Source: Macrostomum hystrix
Lineage: Eukaryota; Animalia; Platyhelminthes
DNA: 64,000 nt
Assembly (NCBI GenBank): GCA_950097015.1
Contig: CATNEN010000001.1
Span: 7,812,001 to 7,876,000, forward strand
Direction of reading: 5' to 3'
Below the pieces are notes generated by a model. That model was not told the origin of the DNA, did no database searches, and worked only from the letters and a program-made list of their open reading frames with translations. This document shows positions 23,501 to 40,622 of this stretch, piece by piece (position 1 is the stretch's first letter; every line of letters begins with the position of its first letter). The position numbers were made by a program, and so were the translations under genes.

Positions 23501-26500
23501 TGAGAACAGAATGGGATAATGTGACAACAGAATGGCATAATGTGAGAATAGAATGGGATAATGTGAGAACAGAATGGGATAATGTGAGAACAGAATGGGA
23601 TAATGTGAGAACAGAATGGGATAATGTGAGAACAGAATAGAATAATGTGAGAACAGAATGGGATAATGTGAGAACAGAATGAGATAATGTGAGAAAAAAT
23701 GCTGGAATTACGCTAGACGTTTAAATAAAAACAGGGAAGTGTCGATTTTATAGAAGGTTGTATTGCTGTTTTAAGACAGTATGTTGTTGATACTTTCAGT
23801 TGAGTATATTGTATAGAGGCAGTTATTTGATTTTCGAATCTTGAAAATATGATTAAAGGTTAGATGCTAGACTGTGAAATTTCAGCCTCTGAAATCAAGG
23901 CCCGATTATGTTTATCCTTTGGTTTTATCGGTAGATCATATTTCGTCTCGGGATAAAACTTGATTTGAGGAAACTGGATACGAGAAATTATCATGCAAAC
24001 CAATAGTATCGAAATTCATCGTGACAGTGGAATTCAAACTTTACCTAGAACCAAAACTATCAACCAAAAACCAAAAGATAGTTTAGTAAAGACGAGAAAC
24101 AGTCACGACTAGTCTAGACTAATAAAATTTCTAGTTAAGTAAATAGCATTAATCAAAAAATTATCTAAATCCAACAATAAACACCTGATTTTGAAGTCTA
24201 AAATACTATTCTCAAGTTTACCAAGTTACACTAGTATCTAACATGTTACATTAGTATCTAACAGGTTACACTAGTATCTAAAAGGTTACACTAGTATCTA
24301 AAAGGTTACACTAGTATCTAACAGGTTACACTAGTATCTAACAGGTTAGCACTAGTATCTAACAGGCTACACTAGTATCTAACAGGTTACACTAGTATCT
24401 AACAGGCTACACTAGTATCTAACAGGTTACACTAGTATCTAACAGGCTACAATAGTATCTAACAGGTTACACTAGTATCTAACAGGTTAGCACTAGTATC
24501 TAACAGGCTACACTAGTATCTAACAGGTTACACTAGTATCTAACAGGCTACACTAGTATCTAACAGGTTACACTAGTATCTAACAGGCTACAATAGTATC
24601 TAACAGGTTACACTAGTATCTAACAGGTTAGCACTAGTATCTAACAGGCTACACTAGTATCTAACAGGTTACACTAGTATCTAACAGGTTACACTAGTAT
24701 CTAACAGGTTACACTAGTATCTAACAGGTTACACTAGTATCTAACAGGCTACACTAGTATCTAACAGGTTACCCTAGTATCTAACAGGTTACACTAGCAT
24801 CTAACAGGTTACACTAGTATCTAACAGGTTACACTAGTATCTAACAGGTTACACTAGTATCTAACAGGTTACACTAGTATCTAACAGGTTACACTAGTAT
24901 CTAACAGGTTACACTAGTATCTAACAGGTTACACTAGTATCTAACAGGTTACACTAGTATCTAACAGGTTACATTAGTATCTAACAGGTTACACTAGTAT
25001 CTAACAGGTTACACTAGTATCTAATAGGTTACACTAGTATCTAACAGGTTACACTAGTATCTAACAGGTTACACTAGTATCTAACAGTTTACACTAGTAT
25101 CTAACAGGTTACACTAGTATCTAACAGGTTACACTAGTATCTAACAGGTTACACTAGTATCTAACAGGTTAGCACTAGTATCTAACAGGCTACACTAGTA
25201 TCTAACAGGTTACACTAGTATCTAACAGGCTACACTAGTATATAACAGGTTACACTAGTATCTAACAGGTTACACTAGTATCTAAACAGTTAAACTAGTA
25301 TCTAAAAGGTTACACTAGTATCTAACAGGTTACACTAGTATCTAACAGGTTACATTAGTATCTAACAGGTTACACTAGTATCTAACAGGTTACACTAGTA
25401 TCTAATAGGTTACACTAGTATCTAACAGGTTACACTAGTATCTAACAGGTTACACTAGTATCTAACAGTTTACACTAGTATCTAACAGGTTACACTAGTA
25501 TCTAACAGGTTACACTAGTATCTAACAGGTTACACTAGTATCTAACAGGTTAGCACTAGTATCTAACAGGCTACACTAGTATCTAACAGGTTACACTAGT
25601 ATCTAACAGGCTACACTAGTATATAACAGGTTACACTAGTATCTAACAGGTTACACTAGTATCTAAACAGTTAAACTAGTATCTAAAAGGTTACACTAGT
25701 ATCTAACAGGTTACACTAGTATCTAACAGGTTAGCACTAGTATCTAACAGGCTACACTAGTATCTAACAGGTTACACTAGTATCTAACAGGCTACATTAG
25801 TATCTAACAGGTTACCCTAGTATCTAACAGGTTACACTAGTATCTAACAGGCTACACTAGTATCTAACAGGTTACACTAGTATCTAACAGGTTACACTAG
25901 TGTCTAACAGGTTACACTAGTATCTAACAGGTTACACTAGTATCTAACAGGTTACACTAGTATCTAACAGGTTACACTAGTATCTAACAGGTTACACTAG
26001 TATCTAACAGGCTACACTAGTATCTAACAGGTTACACTAGTATCTAACAGGTTACACTAGTATCTAACAGGTTACATTAGTATCTAACAGGTTACACTAG
26101 TATCTAACAGGCTACACTAGTATATAACAGGTTACACTAGTATCTAACAGGTTACACTAGTATCTAAACAGTTAAACTAGTATCTAAAAGGTTACACTAG
26201 TATCTAACAGGTTACACTAGTATCTAACAGGCTACACTAGTATCTAACAGGTTAGCACTAGTATCTAACAGGTTACACTAGTATCTAACAGGTTACACTA
26301 GTATCTAACAGGTTACACTAGTATCTAACAGGTTAGCACTAGTATCTAACAGGCTACACTAGTATCTAACAGGTTACACTAGTATCTAACAGGCTACACT
26401 AGTATCTAACAGGTTACACTAGTATCTAACAGGTTACACTAGTATCTAACAGGTTACACTAGTATCTAACAGGTTACACTAGTATCTAACAGGCTACAAT

Positions 26501-29500
26501 AGTATCTAACAGTATTCTCACCTGTAAGTAGCCAATAGGTGGTTGCCCTCATCTGGGTTCACTGCACTCAAGCTGACCACAGCCGAGTTTTTGTCCGTGT
26601 CCATGATGTCTATGGGCACATCCGATTGCAGCAGCAGATTGTCTATGGGAGCCTGACATTCGATTGTCAATGTGTAAGCCGCATCAACAGGTGTCAGGAT
26701 AAATCTGTCATTGATGTCGAACAGGGGTACCGCAGACACAGCGTTGCCTTTGGTGGACATTGTCTGGTATTTGTCGCGTTCTTTTTCCACTTTTTGTTGC
26801 AGCTGGCCGATCTCGTCTCTGAGTTGCAGTGTGGAAAAATCGGTTGCAAGTACTCATAACTAGTGAGATGAAGATGGCCGTGGTATGAATGAGAAGTTGC
26901 GTGGTACTAGATGTAGGGTATGAGATGTAGGGTATGAGATGCAGGGTATGAGATGCAGGGTAAAAATGAGGGGCATGAGATGCAGGGTATGCAATGAAGG
27001 ATGTGAAATGCAGGGTATGAGATGCAGGGTATAGGTGTGTCAGGAGTGGAAAGATTGGGAGTTAAAGAGGTTGTATGAGATGACAGTAGAGGTGAAAGAG
27101 AGATTTAAGGGAATTTGAAAGTTAAGTGTCTAAGGGATATTCTAATCTAAATATTACTTGATGAATCTAGAATGAAGTAAAGTAACTGGCAAAAAAAGTT
27201 CAACAGAAAAAAAGGTAGCACAGTCAGCAGCTTGCCTGAGTCCCTCCAGTTTTCCGTTTCCGGCACCGGTTGAAGCTCTGGCAGCTCCGGTTGCATCAGC
27301 ACCAGTGGAACTTTCTAGAACAGCTCTGGTTAGGCCGAAAATCCAGCCTACAGACAGTCAGGTTTTCGGTTACTCCTATTGTCTTGGAGTAGTGTCTAAC
27401 AGGTTTGAGCAGTGTCTAACAGGTTTGAGCAGTGTCTAACAGGTTTGAGCAGTGTCTAACAGGGTTGTGCAGTGTCTAACAGGTTTGAGCAGTGTCTAAC
27501 AGGTTTGAGCAGTGTCTAACAGGTTTGAGCAGTGTCTAGCAGGTTTGAGCAGTGTCTAGCAGGTTTGAGCAGTGTCTAACAGGTTTGAGCAGTGTCTAAC
27601 AGGTTTGAGCAGTGTCTAGCAGGTTTGAGCAGTGTCTAGCAGGTTTGAGCAGGGTCTAACAGGTTTGAGCAGTGTCTAGCAGGTTTGAGCAGTGTCTAAC
27701 AGGTTTGAGCAGTGTCTAACAGGTTTGAGCAGTGTCTAACAGGTTTGAGCAGTGTCTAACAGGTTTGTGCAGTGTCTAACAGGTTTGAGCAGTGTCTAAC
27801 AGGGTTGTGCAGTGTCTAACAGGTTTGAGCAGTGTCTAACAGGTTTGAGCAGTGTCTAACAGGTTTGAGCAGTGTCTAGCAGGTTTGAGCAGTGTCTAGC
27901 AGGTTTGAGCAGTGTCTAACAGGTTCAAGCAGTGTCTAGCAGGTTCAAGCAGTGTCTAACAGGTTTGAGCAGTGTCTAACAGGTTTGTGCAGTGTCTAAC
28001 AGGTTTGAGCAGTGTCTAACAGGTTTGAGCAGTGTCTAGCAGGTTTGAGCAGTGTCTAACAGGTTTGAGCAGTGTCTAGCAGGTTTGAGCAGTGTCTAAC
28101 AGGTTTGAGCAGTGTCTAACAGGTTTGAGCAGTGTCTAGCAGGTTTGAGCAGTGTCTAGCAGGTTTGAGCAGGAATTATGACCTGAAAGCTTCAGAAAAT
28201 GCTTACCAGCGTAGGTTGAGCAGACAATTTCGTCATAGGATTTCTCGTTAACGATTCCCACAGCCATTCCGGTGATGGTTTCATTGCAGTTCTGTCGTAT
28301 GGAACAGTTTTTGCAAGAATGTGAATTCCCGAATGCACAAAAATTAACAAAAATGATTGCCCCCTAGTACATTAAATGAAAACAATTGCCCTTGTGTTCT
28401 GGAATACTGAGCTGCGAATTAAAGTTTGTCCTGAAAAACCCTTATTCATTATTTCCTACGATTCCCCAAATTTACACTTAACAGGGATTACGTAAATGTG
28501 CGATAAATAGGGATTCCCTAAATGTAAAGTTATCATGTATTTCCTAAATGTACATTTATCATGGATTCCCGTAATGTACACTTATCATAGATTCCCTTAA
28601 TGTACACTTATCATAGATTCCCTTAATGTACACTTATTATGGATTCGCTTAATGTACACTTGTCATGAATTGCCGAAATGTACACTTATCATAGATTCCC
28701 TTAATGTACACTTATTATGGATTCCCTTAATGTACACTTATCATAGATTCCCTTAATGTACACTTATCATGGATTCCCTTAATGTACACTTATCGTGGAT
28801 TCACTTAATGTACACTTGTCGTGAATTGCCTACATGTACACTTATCATAGATTCCCTAAATGTACACTTATCATGGATTCCCTTAATGTACACTTATCAT
28901 GGATTCACTTAATGTACACTTATCATGGATTCCCTTAATGTACACTTATCATGGATTCCCTAAATGTACACTTATCATGCATTCTCCAAATGTTAACTTC
29001 GCGGTGATTTCCGATGGTACTGAATCGGGAATATAATTGGGCAATCCTAAATCACAAAAACCCAACACATTCGCTCACGTAGGACCAACGCAGCACAGGC
29101 TTGTCGTGAATATCGTAGGCATAGATTTCAACGCTGCCGTCTTCGCGGGCAACAATCAGATCCAGCATGCCGTCTCCGGTGATATCGTAACTGTCTATGG
29201 CCGCAACTCCAGCGGAGCTGAGGTCGCTATTAAACACCCACTCTAATTCTGGATCTGAGCCGCACAATTTCAGCAGTCCCAGCGAACCGTCCTCGGTGCC
29301 AAACAGTACTTCGTCGCCATTCTCTCCGCCATTGTTGTTGAAGAGGGCCAGCACTAGGGGCGAACCAGGAAGAGAGACCTCCAGAGTGATCTTGCAGTCC
29401 TGAAAATGAGATTTGACACAATCAAACTCCGTTAAGGTTTCTTAACTATAAGGACTAAGAAGCTCATTCATTGTTTCCGAGGTCACTCTTGTCACTTTCT

Positions 29501-31740
29501 TCATGATTTCTGAGGTCACTCTTGTCACTCTCTTCATGGTTTCTGAGGTCGCTCTTGTCACTATCTTCATGGTTTCTGAGGTCACTCTTGTCACTATCTT
29601 CATGGTTTCTGAGGTCACTCTTGTCACTCTTTTCATGGTTTCTGAGGTCACTCTTGTCACTATCTTCATGGTTTCTGAGGTCACTCTTGTCACTATCTTC
29701 ATGGTTTCTGAGGTCACTCTTGTCACTATCTTCATGGTTTCTGAGGTCACTCTTGTCACTCTTTTCATGGTTTCTGAGGTCACTCTTGTCACTATCTTCA
29801 TGGTTTCTGAGGTCACTCTTGTCACTATCTTCATGGTTTCTTAGTTCACTCTTGTCACTATCTTTATGGTTTCTGAGGTCACTCTTGTCACTCTCTTCAT
29901 GATTTCTGAGGTCACTCTTGTCACTCTCTTCATGATTTCTGAGGTCACTCTTGTCACTCTCTTCATGATTTCTGAGGTCACTCTTGTCACTATCTTCATG
30001 GTTTCTGAGGTCACTCTTGTCACTCTCTTCATGGTTTCTGAGGTCACTCTTGTCACTATCTTCATGGTTTCTGAAGTCACTCTTGTCACTATCTTCATGG
30101 TTTCTGAAGTCACTAAGTTACAATAATAAAATGAAATAAATAATAGTAAATTATTAAGGTTTTATTGCACGATGTAGCCTTAACTGTAGATCTTAACTGG
30201 AATTGAATGATTTTGGCCCCCTTTTACCCATAGACAGTTAAAACGTGCAACAATAATTTAGTCTACGAGTGAAGCAATACATAGTTAATGCACGTTCTAA
30301 ATGTCTATGGCTCAAGCTATGGGTAGATGTAGCAAGTCATGGCCATAGACATTCAAGGCGTGTAACAGACGGCCTTAATTGGTAGACCTAAAAATGCTAG
30401 AAAATTATACACTATATCTAAGCTCAACCACGCCATTATTCTTGGTTTATTAAGAAACAACAGTCACTACTTATAGGTCTTATGAGCCTAATCTCACATT
30501 ACTTTTCAATATGACTATTGCAGCGACTAACCTCCACAATTTTAACGCTTCGATCTTTGCAGGCCAGTACGGGGCATTTTGTACTAGGCAGGATGAGAAT
30601 ATCGTTGATCACTTCTGGACAGAGCAAATAGCCTTTGTCTTTCAGATCTTTGAAATGCGAGAACGACGTGTTTCCAGCCACATAGAGGTCCGATAGATCG
30701 CTGATTGCGCTGGAAGAAAGAATTTCGAACTTCTCGTTTTCCTACTGTAAGTAGGAATAGACGTTTTTTACTAGTAAAACATTGCAAATCAGCTCACATG
30801 GATCGAATAGTCTCGGTCATATTTGTGTCAAATTTTACGAATTGTTTTCCGTTGCGCGAGAAGCCGCTGACTTCAGAGCCCGTGGCAACAAAGATTCGAT
30901 CTCGAGTTTGGCCATCCTTGCCGGCAAGCTCAATTCGGGTGACTTGCTTGCCCAATGCTTGACTGAAGATTGCCTAGAAACCAAACGCAAGTTTTTTTCT
31001 CGGATGTTCAATAATATAAGAGGGAATTCCCTGATGTACAATACTGGGAGAGGGGATTCCCTGATGTACAATAATCCGATAGGGAATTCCCTGATGTACA
31101 ATAATCCGATAGAGAATTCCCCGATGTACAATAATCCGATAGGGAATCCCCTGATGTACAATAATCCGATAGGGAATCCCCTGATGTACAATAATCCGAG
31201 AGGGAATTCTCCTATGTAAAATACTGGGAAACGAGGTGCCCTTGCCTTAGTACTTCATGATCGGAGTCAATAAGGTTTGTTTTCTAATGTAAGGTTAGTT
31301 TCTGGATTGGCCAACCAACGCATGCGAACATTGCTAATCACCTTAGAAACTCACCTTTGGTTCATTCGATTTCAAAGAATAGATATTAAGGACTCCATTG
31401 CGGTCACCAATGCAAACCTTGAATTGTGTTATTTAATATGCTATTTTTTTAGATGTGATTTATTCTGTACTGCTTGTTTGCTTAGTGTCAAAATAATAGG
31501 AGGAGAAGATACCTTCTGTAGTCCATCGGATCCAGGTGGTAGCAGTTTCATACAGTTTCTTGTGGTCACGCCAACCTGAAAGAAGAGAGAATAAAGAAAA
31601 ATTGAATCATATTTCTACCTGCTAATGTAAAAAATGCTAACTGCTAAAAAACTGCTAATATAATCATGCAGTTTTTTATGCCTACTTTAGTCTTAACTGA
31701 CCTGTAGGTAATCCAGTCGTGAAAAGTTAATATCCATCAT
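20577..31740 (-). CDS. BBS7: Bardet-Biedl syndrome 7 protein (BBSome subunit), 12 coding exons
   Basis: Exons (minus): 31740-31702, 31575-31513, 31417-31355, 30973-30798, 30709-30532, 29399-29079, 28291-28207, 27347-27236, 26818-26522, 22810-22360, 21994-21769, 20710-20577. All phases are consistent. Peptides [101 protein letters not shown] match BBS7 end to end. Intron 8 has a GC donor. Confidence 0.96.
20908..21710. repeat. 23-bp minisatellite with palindromic core TTGAGTAGACTCAA in BBS7 intron 11
   Basis: Two alternating variants (CAAATTAACTGAG / CTAATCAATTGAG). Confidence 0.95.
22058..22277 (+). mobile_element. SINE family C copy (5'-truncated) in BBS7 intron 10
   Basis: GGGGCTTGTCG...GATGAGAAAGTCAGG...GTGCTCAGGAGTCAG...GCTGCGGGTCTAGTGTCACCAAATGATGT aligns by eye to 50915-51190. 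Confidence 0.8.
22890..23695. repeat. 21-bp minisatellite GAGAACAGAATGGGATAATGT in BBS7 intron 9
   Basis: Direct inspection. Confidence 0.97.
24222..26512. repeat. 20-bp minisatellite GTTACACTAGTATCTAACAG in BBS7 intron 9
   Basis: About 114 copies; ends within about 10 nt of the exon 9 donor. Confidence 0.97.
26908..27035. repeat. Short 14-bp repeat GAGATGCAGGGTAT in BBS7 intron 8
   Basis: About 8-9 degenerate copies. Confidence 0.8.
27390..28172. repeat. 20-bp minisatellite AGTGTCTAACAGGTTTGAGC filling BBS7 intron 7
   Basis: About 39 copies in register with the 60-column layout. Confidence 0.97.
28465..28995. repeat. 26-bp minisatellite AATGTACACTTATCATGGATTCCCTT in BBS7 intron 6
   Basis: Direct inspection. 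Confidence 0.93.
29466..30114. repeat. 33-bp minisatellite GTCACTCTTGTCACTATCTTCATGGTTTCTGAG in BBS7 intron 5
   Basis: Gives the 11-aa-period pseudo-ORFs [11 protein letters not shown]. Confidence 0.96.
31000..31230. repeat. 30-bp minisatellite CTGATGTACAATAATCCGATAGGGAATTCC in BBS7 intron 3
   Basis: About 7 copies. Confidence 0.92.
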
Positions 31741-32264
31741 CTTGCTGCTTTTAACTGAAATATGAAGACGGAAATACTTTTATTATTACTTAAAAAAATA
31801 TTATATACCTATCTAGATCATTATTCTTTTGATATTAATTCCTATTTAAATGTTGCAAATTAAAGTCAAGAGAATTTTCTGCCAAAAACTATAAAAATGC
31901 GACTATTAAGTAAGTAAGCACCTCTTTTAACTGTTTATCTTGACTTTTTACTGTTAGAATTGAGTTGTTTTTTTGAGAAATATATCAAAACCTGCTGAAC
32001 CTTTTTAGGAAACTTAGTGCTTGATATTTTGGCCAATTTTTTTACATGTCGTACTTGTCTATTAACAATTTTAGAATCAATATAGAAATGTTATGCACTG
32101 ATTTTCAGAGCTTAGAAATGATGTGCGTATGAACCTTGCAATGCTATATACATGCGTACTTTATAAATCACTCATATCTCTTCATCTCAGTGGAGTTTCT
32201 AGACATTGATGTCATGCAGAAAATGCTAGAGCAGAAGGGTGCCGTTTTCCCAACTAATAGAGCA

Positions 32265-32277
32265 GTTGCTAAGCAGT
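32265..32277. promoter_or_regulatory. Candidate RFX X-box (imperfect) upstream of BBS7
   Basis: GTTGCTAAGCAGT has a good GTTGCTAAG half-site and an imperfect second half. BBS genes are established RFX targets in animals. Confidence 0.3.
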
Positions 32278-32468
32278 AAGCAAAACCCCAAAAGAATATT
32301 GTGATAGTTTATGTCATAAAAACGTAGAGTTTTAGTTTTTTCGACTATACATTTAGTATCCGACTTTCAAAGGAAGCCTCTATAGACTAAAGTTATTATC
32401 TTAAAGCCAATTAAAGCAAAAAATCGGTAAGCAATTTCTAATATGGTTGTTTAAGTAAGAAGTTGTTT

Positions 32469-32603
32469 AGTATTATACACTAGCACATTAATAAACTTGA
32501 TTCAAGCGACTCGATTTCTAATCCCGTTAACTGAAGTATTATACACTAGCACATTAATAAACTTGATTCAAGCGACTCGATTTCTAATCCCGTTAACTGA
32601 AGT
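32469..32603. repeat. Exact 66-bp tandem duplication in the BBS7/Rab11 intergenic region
   Basis: AGTATTATACACTAGCACATT...CCCGTTAACTGA at 32469 and 32535. Confidence 0.9.
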
Positions 32604-33169
32604 AATTACTGAGTTTACTAAATATCGTACTAATATAAAAGTAACGACAAATCGTTTATAAAAAGGATAAATTATTGAGGAGAACATATCAGGAACAGTT
32701 TCGTGTTTCATTATCAAGCTACAGATCATTTTAGCGTAATTGCACGCGCGCGCTTGTATTCAATGTTTCGAAACGATAAAAAATTAAGAAATGCTTCAAA
32801 TTAAATAATGTAAGAGTATGGTGCTTATGTAAACACATAAACTAAAACAAAACAAAACACAAATTATATTAAAAATACTTTTCACATAAAATAGTTTGTA
32901 CCGAGCGAAATCTAATATAAATACTTTTTTACAAAGATTTATCTAAAAAGTTAATGTGTGAATTGATGAATTACATTTGCTATCAGCAATTAGACCAGCC
33001 AGCCAGCCAGCCAGCCACGCCTATTGCAAAACCTGCAACTGTAGAATTACCCTCTCTTTCAATAAAAGAGGCAACTACATCTTTCAATATTTCATATTAT
33101 AACTTTAACCTTTAATTTGACTAGGGACTATCGCTCTTAATCTTGAACTTTATAACATAAAAAAATTGC

Positions 33170-37615
<4,446 letters not shown>

Positions 37616-38619
37616 GCGCAATAACTTCTTTATTTTTACTTTATTTATGTAATTTTCAGCTTTTTTCTATTCAGGGAATAATTGGAAACTATAATTTACT
37701 CTAGTTTAGGAATAGTCGTACTAAAAAATTAACCCAAAAAATCACAGGAACCAAAACTATGGCATCTCAAAACAATCAGTCCATGATCCCCAGATTGTAA
37801 GTATAAATTTGTGGAGTTTTTGTGCTACTAGCAAATAAAAAGTTTGATATTTTTATACAGAAGTCCGTATAATAGAAGTGACAGTCTAACTTTTTTGAAT
37901 TAAAAAAATTCCTAGAACCTCCTTGCTCTTTATTTTCTAAGCCTCTCACCGAAATTAGACTGTATTAACCGCTTAATTAGTAGAAATTGTTACTTTATTA
38001 AAACTTGACTATTATTTGCAATATGCAAGCTGTAAAGTCAGCGCTATTATGTCCATATTATCATAAATTATTAATAAACTTATCTGAGACTCAAAATATT
38101 TTGTGATTTACTCTATGTGTATAATCGTGCATACATCTTTATCGTTGCTATTAAAAGATGCGGTAAAATATTAACACCGACTTATTCCAGCTTCTTATAG
38201 TTTTTTTATTGCCGCTTTTATGCGTTAATGATTTAGTAATTTTGGCGCTTTTTTAACTAACCGGATTTCCAGGAAAGCGAAGTTTTTGTCTACTTTACAC
38301 TTACTGACATTTAATTGCTTCTTTTTTTCACTCGTTGGTTGGGTTTCTGTCATTCAGCGAAATCGCTTTAGTTATTATTAAACACCAGTTGATTGCCTGC
38401 GTTTTTTTACTGCCTCTAAAGTACCTTCGTTATAGTAGCTCGTGTGACTTATTGCTTATCTGCTTCTATAGTGGCTAAACGGTTTGCAAAAATGTTGAAT
38501 ATAAATTAAATGAGTAATGTTATCTTTAAATTCTAGAATTTTTTCTTCTAATTTATTTTCTTTGTTAGACATATCTATGGTTCAACATAACACCTAGTAG
38601 AGTTTGGTCAGAGAGACCA

Positions 38620-38792
38620 AACAGGTGTATACATCTGCCTTGACTTTCTCATCGGCAGCTTAAATTGCACAAGCCCAAACCTTCTCTCCGTGGCTGCGCC
38701 ATAAATGAATGTGGTCTCGCCGCGGAATCGAGCTCAGGGACCTTGGCGCAAGAGGCAAACGCGTTACACAGCTCAGCTGTTACTGACCCCCT
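38620..38792 (-). mobile_element. SINE family C copy retaining the tRNA-like head
   Basis: Minus strand AGCTGAGCTGTGTAACGCGTTTGCCTCTTGCGCCAAGGTCCCTGAGCTCGATTCCGCGGCGAGACC is tRNA-like and matches 50920-50975. Confidence 0.75.
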
Positions 38793-38942
38793 TGGTAGCT
38801 TGTTTCGCATAGGTAAATCCTAGAAATTATATAGAAACTAAGGCAATTTATTGAATCCGCATTGCAGCAAACGCCAACACCTTTAATCAACCACTAAATA
38901 CTCAAATATAATATATACAGACCACAGTGGTGGTCTTTGAAA

Positions 38943-39557
38943 ATGAGTCAGCAGCAGCAGCTGCCCGATTCTCGTCGTCAAGCTCGTTCAGATTCCGAGC
39001 GTCGTCGCAGAAATTGCATCAAATCTGCGTACGACGATTTAGACTCTGCTCTGGACGACATCGGTTTTACATCATCAGCTGAGTCTTCGTCCTCCCAGTC
39101 GCATTCTAGGGCCGCCATTCTAGAATCAACAGCCGCCGCTATTGAATCTTTGAGACGAACGCGCGACGAACGAGAGCGTCGCGTGAACGATCTGCGACGT
39201 CGAGTGGAAGCCACTGAGGCTATCTGTCGCGGTTATCGACTCCGACTGAACCAGTTGACTAGCAGTGGCGCTGGTTACGGCTCCACATCTGCCAGCTCAT
39301 CGCATCGACAGCTAGCCGTTTTTCGTCGTGTCGCTGATACACTGGAAGCCAGTTTTGCCCAGGAAGTATTATGCAGCTCTTCGTTGAATGCGACCGAGCA
39401 ATTCGTGGTTCGACTGGATGTTTGGCTGCAAAATCGTCTACAGGCCGAGGCTCTGGCTGCTCTGGGCGATGCGGCGCTACAGCTGGGTGGCAGGCTCGAT
39501 GGCGGAATCAACTCAACTGCCAACATGGACTGCGGTTCTCGCGCAAGTTTTAGTTGA
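38943..39557 (+). CDS. Intronless Mlx-like bHLH-leucine zipper protein
   Basis: ATG at 38943. RRQARSDSERRRRNCIKSAYDDL (basic/helix 1), SRAAILESTAAAIESL (helix 2), zipper, then LAVFRRVADTLEASF...LDVWLQNRL resembling the Mlx/Mondo C-terminal DCD domain. AATAAA near 39625. Confidence 0.75.
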   Translation: MSQQQQLPDSRRQARSDSERRRRNCIKSAYDDLDSALDDIGFTSSAESSSSQSHSRAAILESTAAAIESLRRTRDERERRVNDLRRRVEATEAICRGYRLRLNQLTSSGAGYGSTSASSSHRQLAVFRRVADTLEASFAQEVLCSSSLNATEQFVVRLDVWLQNRLQAEALAALGDAALQLGGRLDGGINSTANMDCGSRASFS

Positions 39558-40622
39558 ATCGATCATTAGCTCCGTTCTGTAGATGGATAGATAAGTGCTG
39601 ATATCGATATTTAAATTTTTTAACAATAAAAGCTTGTCTTGTAAATTATCTACTGCGATAATATTTTTTGTGCTGTTTATACAGAAAATGTCTGGCCTTG
39701 TAGTACCAAAATATTTTATTAACGGCCAGCGCCTAATTCTTTTTTTCTTGCGCCTTATTAAGATGTAAAGAAATGCTTGTCTATATCGTATACTGGATTA
39801 TGACGGATGCGAGAACGATTAAGAAAATATTTTGACTTATAAAATTGTAAAATACTTTTTTAAGTACACATATTTTTTGTATACAAAGTCATGTGTTGCC
39901 TATATATACAATTATGAGCATGTTACTACGACGCAGCAAGTGTATAACATTTTGAATGAAAACTTAAGGCTAAATGTCTAAAGACATGTTTTTCGTACTT
40001 TTCTTCATTAAATAAATCTGCAATCGATTGTCTTCATCTATAGTAAACGTCTATATGATCGATACTATTGAGTGAAATATTTATAGACTTGCCAAAAATT
40101 TGTTTCTCAGCCTGCACCTCGAATTATGTTTGCACGAATGACTTGTTTTAGTTTCAATAGAGCATGAAGCCTGGTAGATTAAAAAAGCCAGAAATTATTA
40201 GCGCTAGTTACTGTGTCAGCTAAGGCAGTAAACTGTTTGCGCTTAATATGGTATTATTCAACAATCTATTTACATTCGCTGTCTCTTTATATGCTACTTT
40301 CCTCCGCTTAAAAATGCACATAGGGTATAACGATGAACTATATAACGTCACGGATTAAAAAAAAGCCTAGCACGTTTTTAGGTTTTATAATTAAAGGTAA
40401 GCAAAAAAGTAAATTTATCTTTAAAAAACATTTTCCTGTAAGACTTGTCAAATATTTTCCCCGTTTTGTTATACCTCGCAGAATGGTTGGTTTGAGCAAA
40501 CTGCAAAAGCCAGTATTGTCGTTCGTTCATTGGACTTACAGATCAAAATAAAGCACACAAATCTTCGATTTAAGAGTGTTTAAACGATTTTGCATCTGCA
40601 GCGTGTTTTTAGTCAGTTAGTA

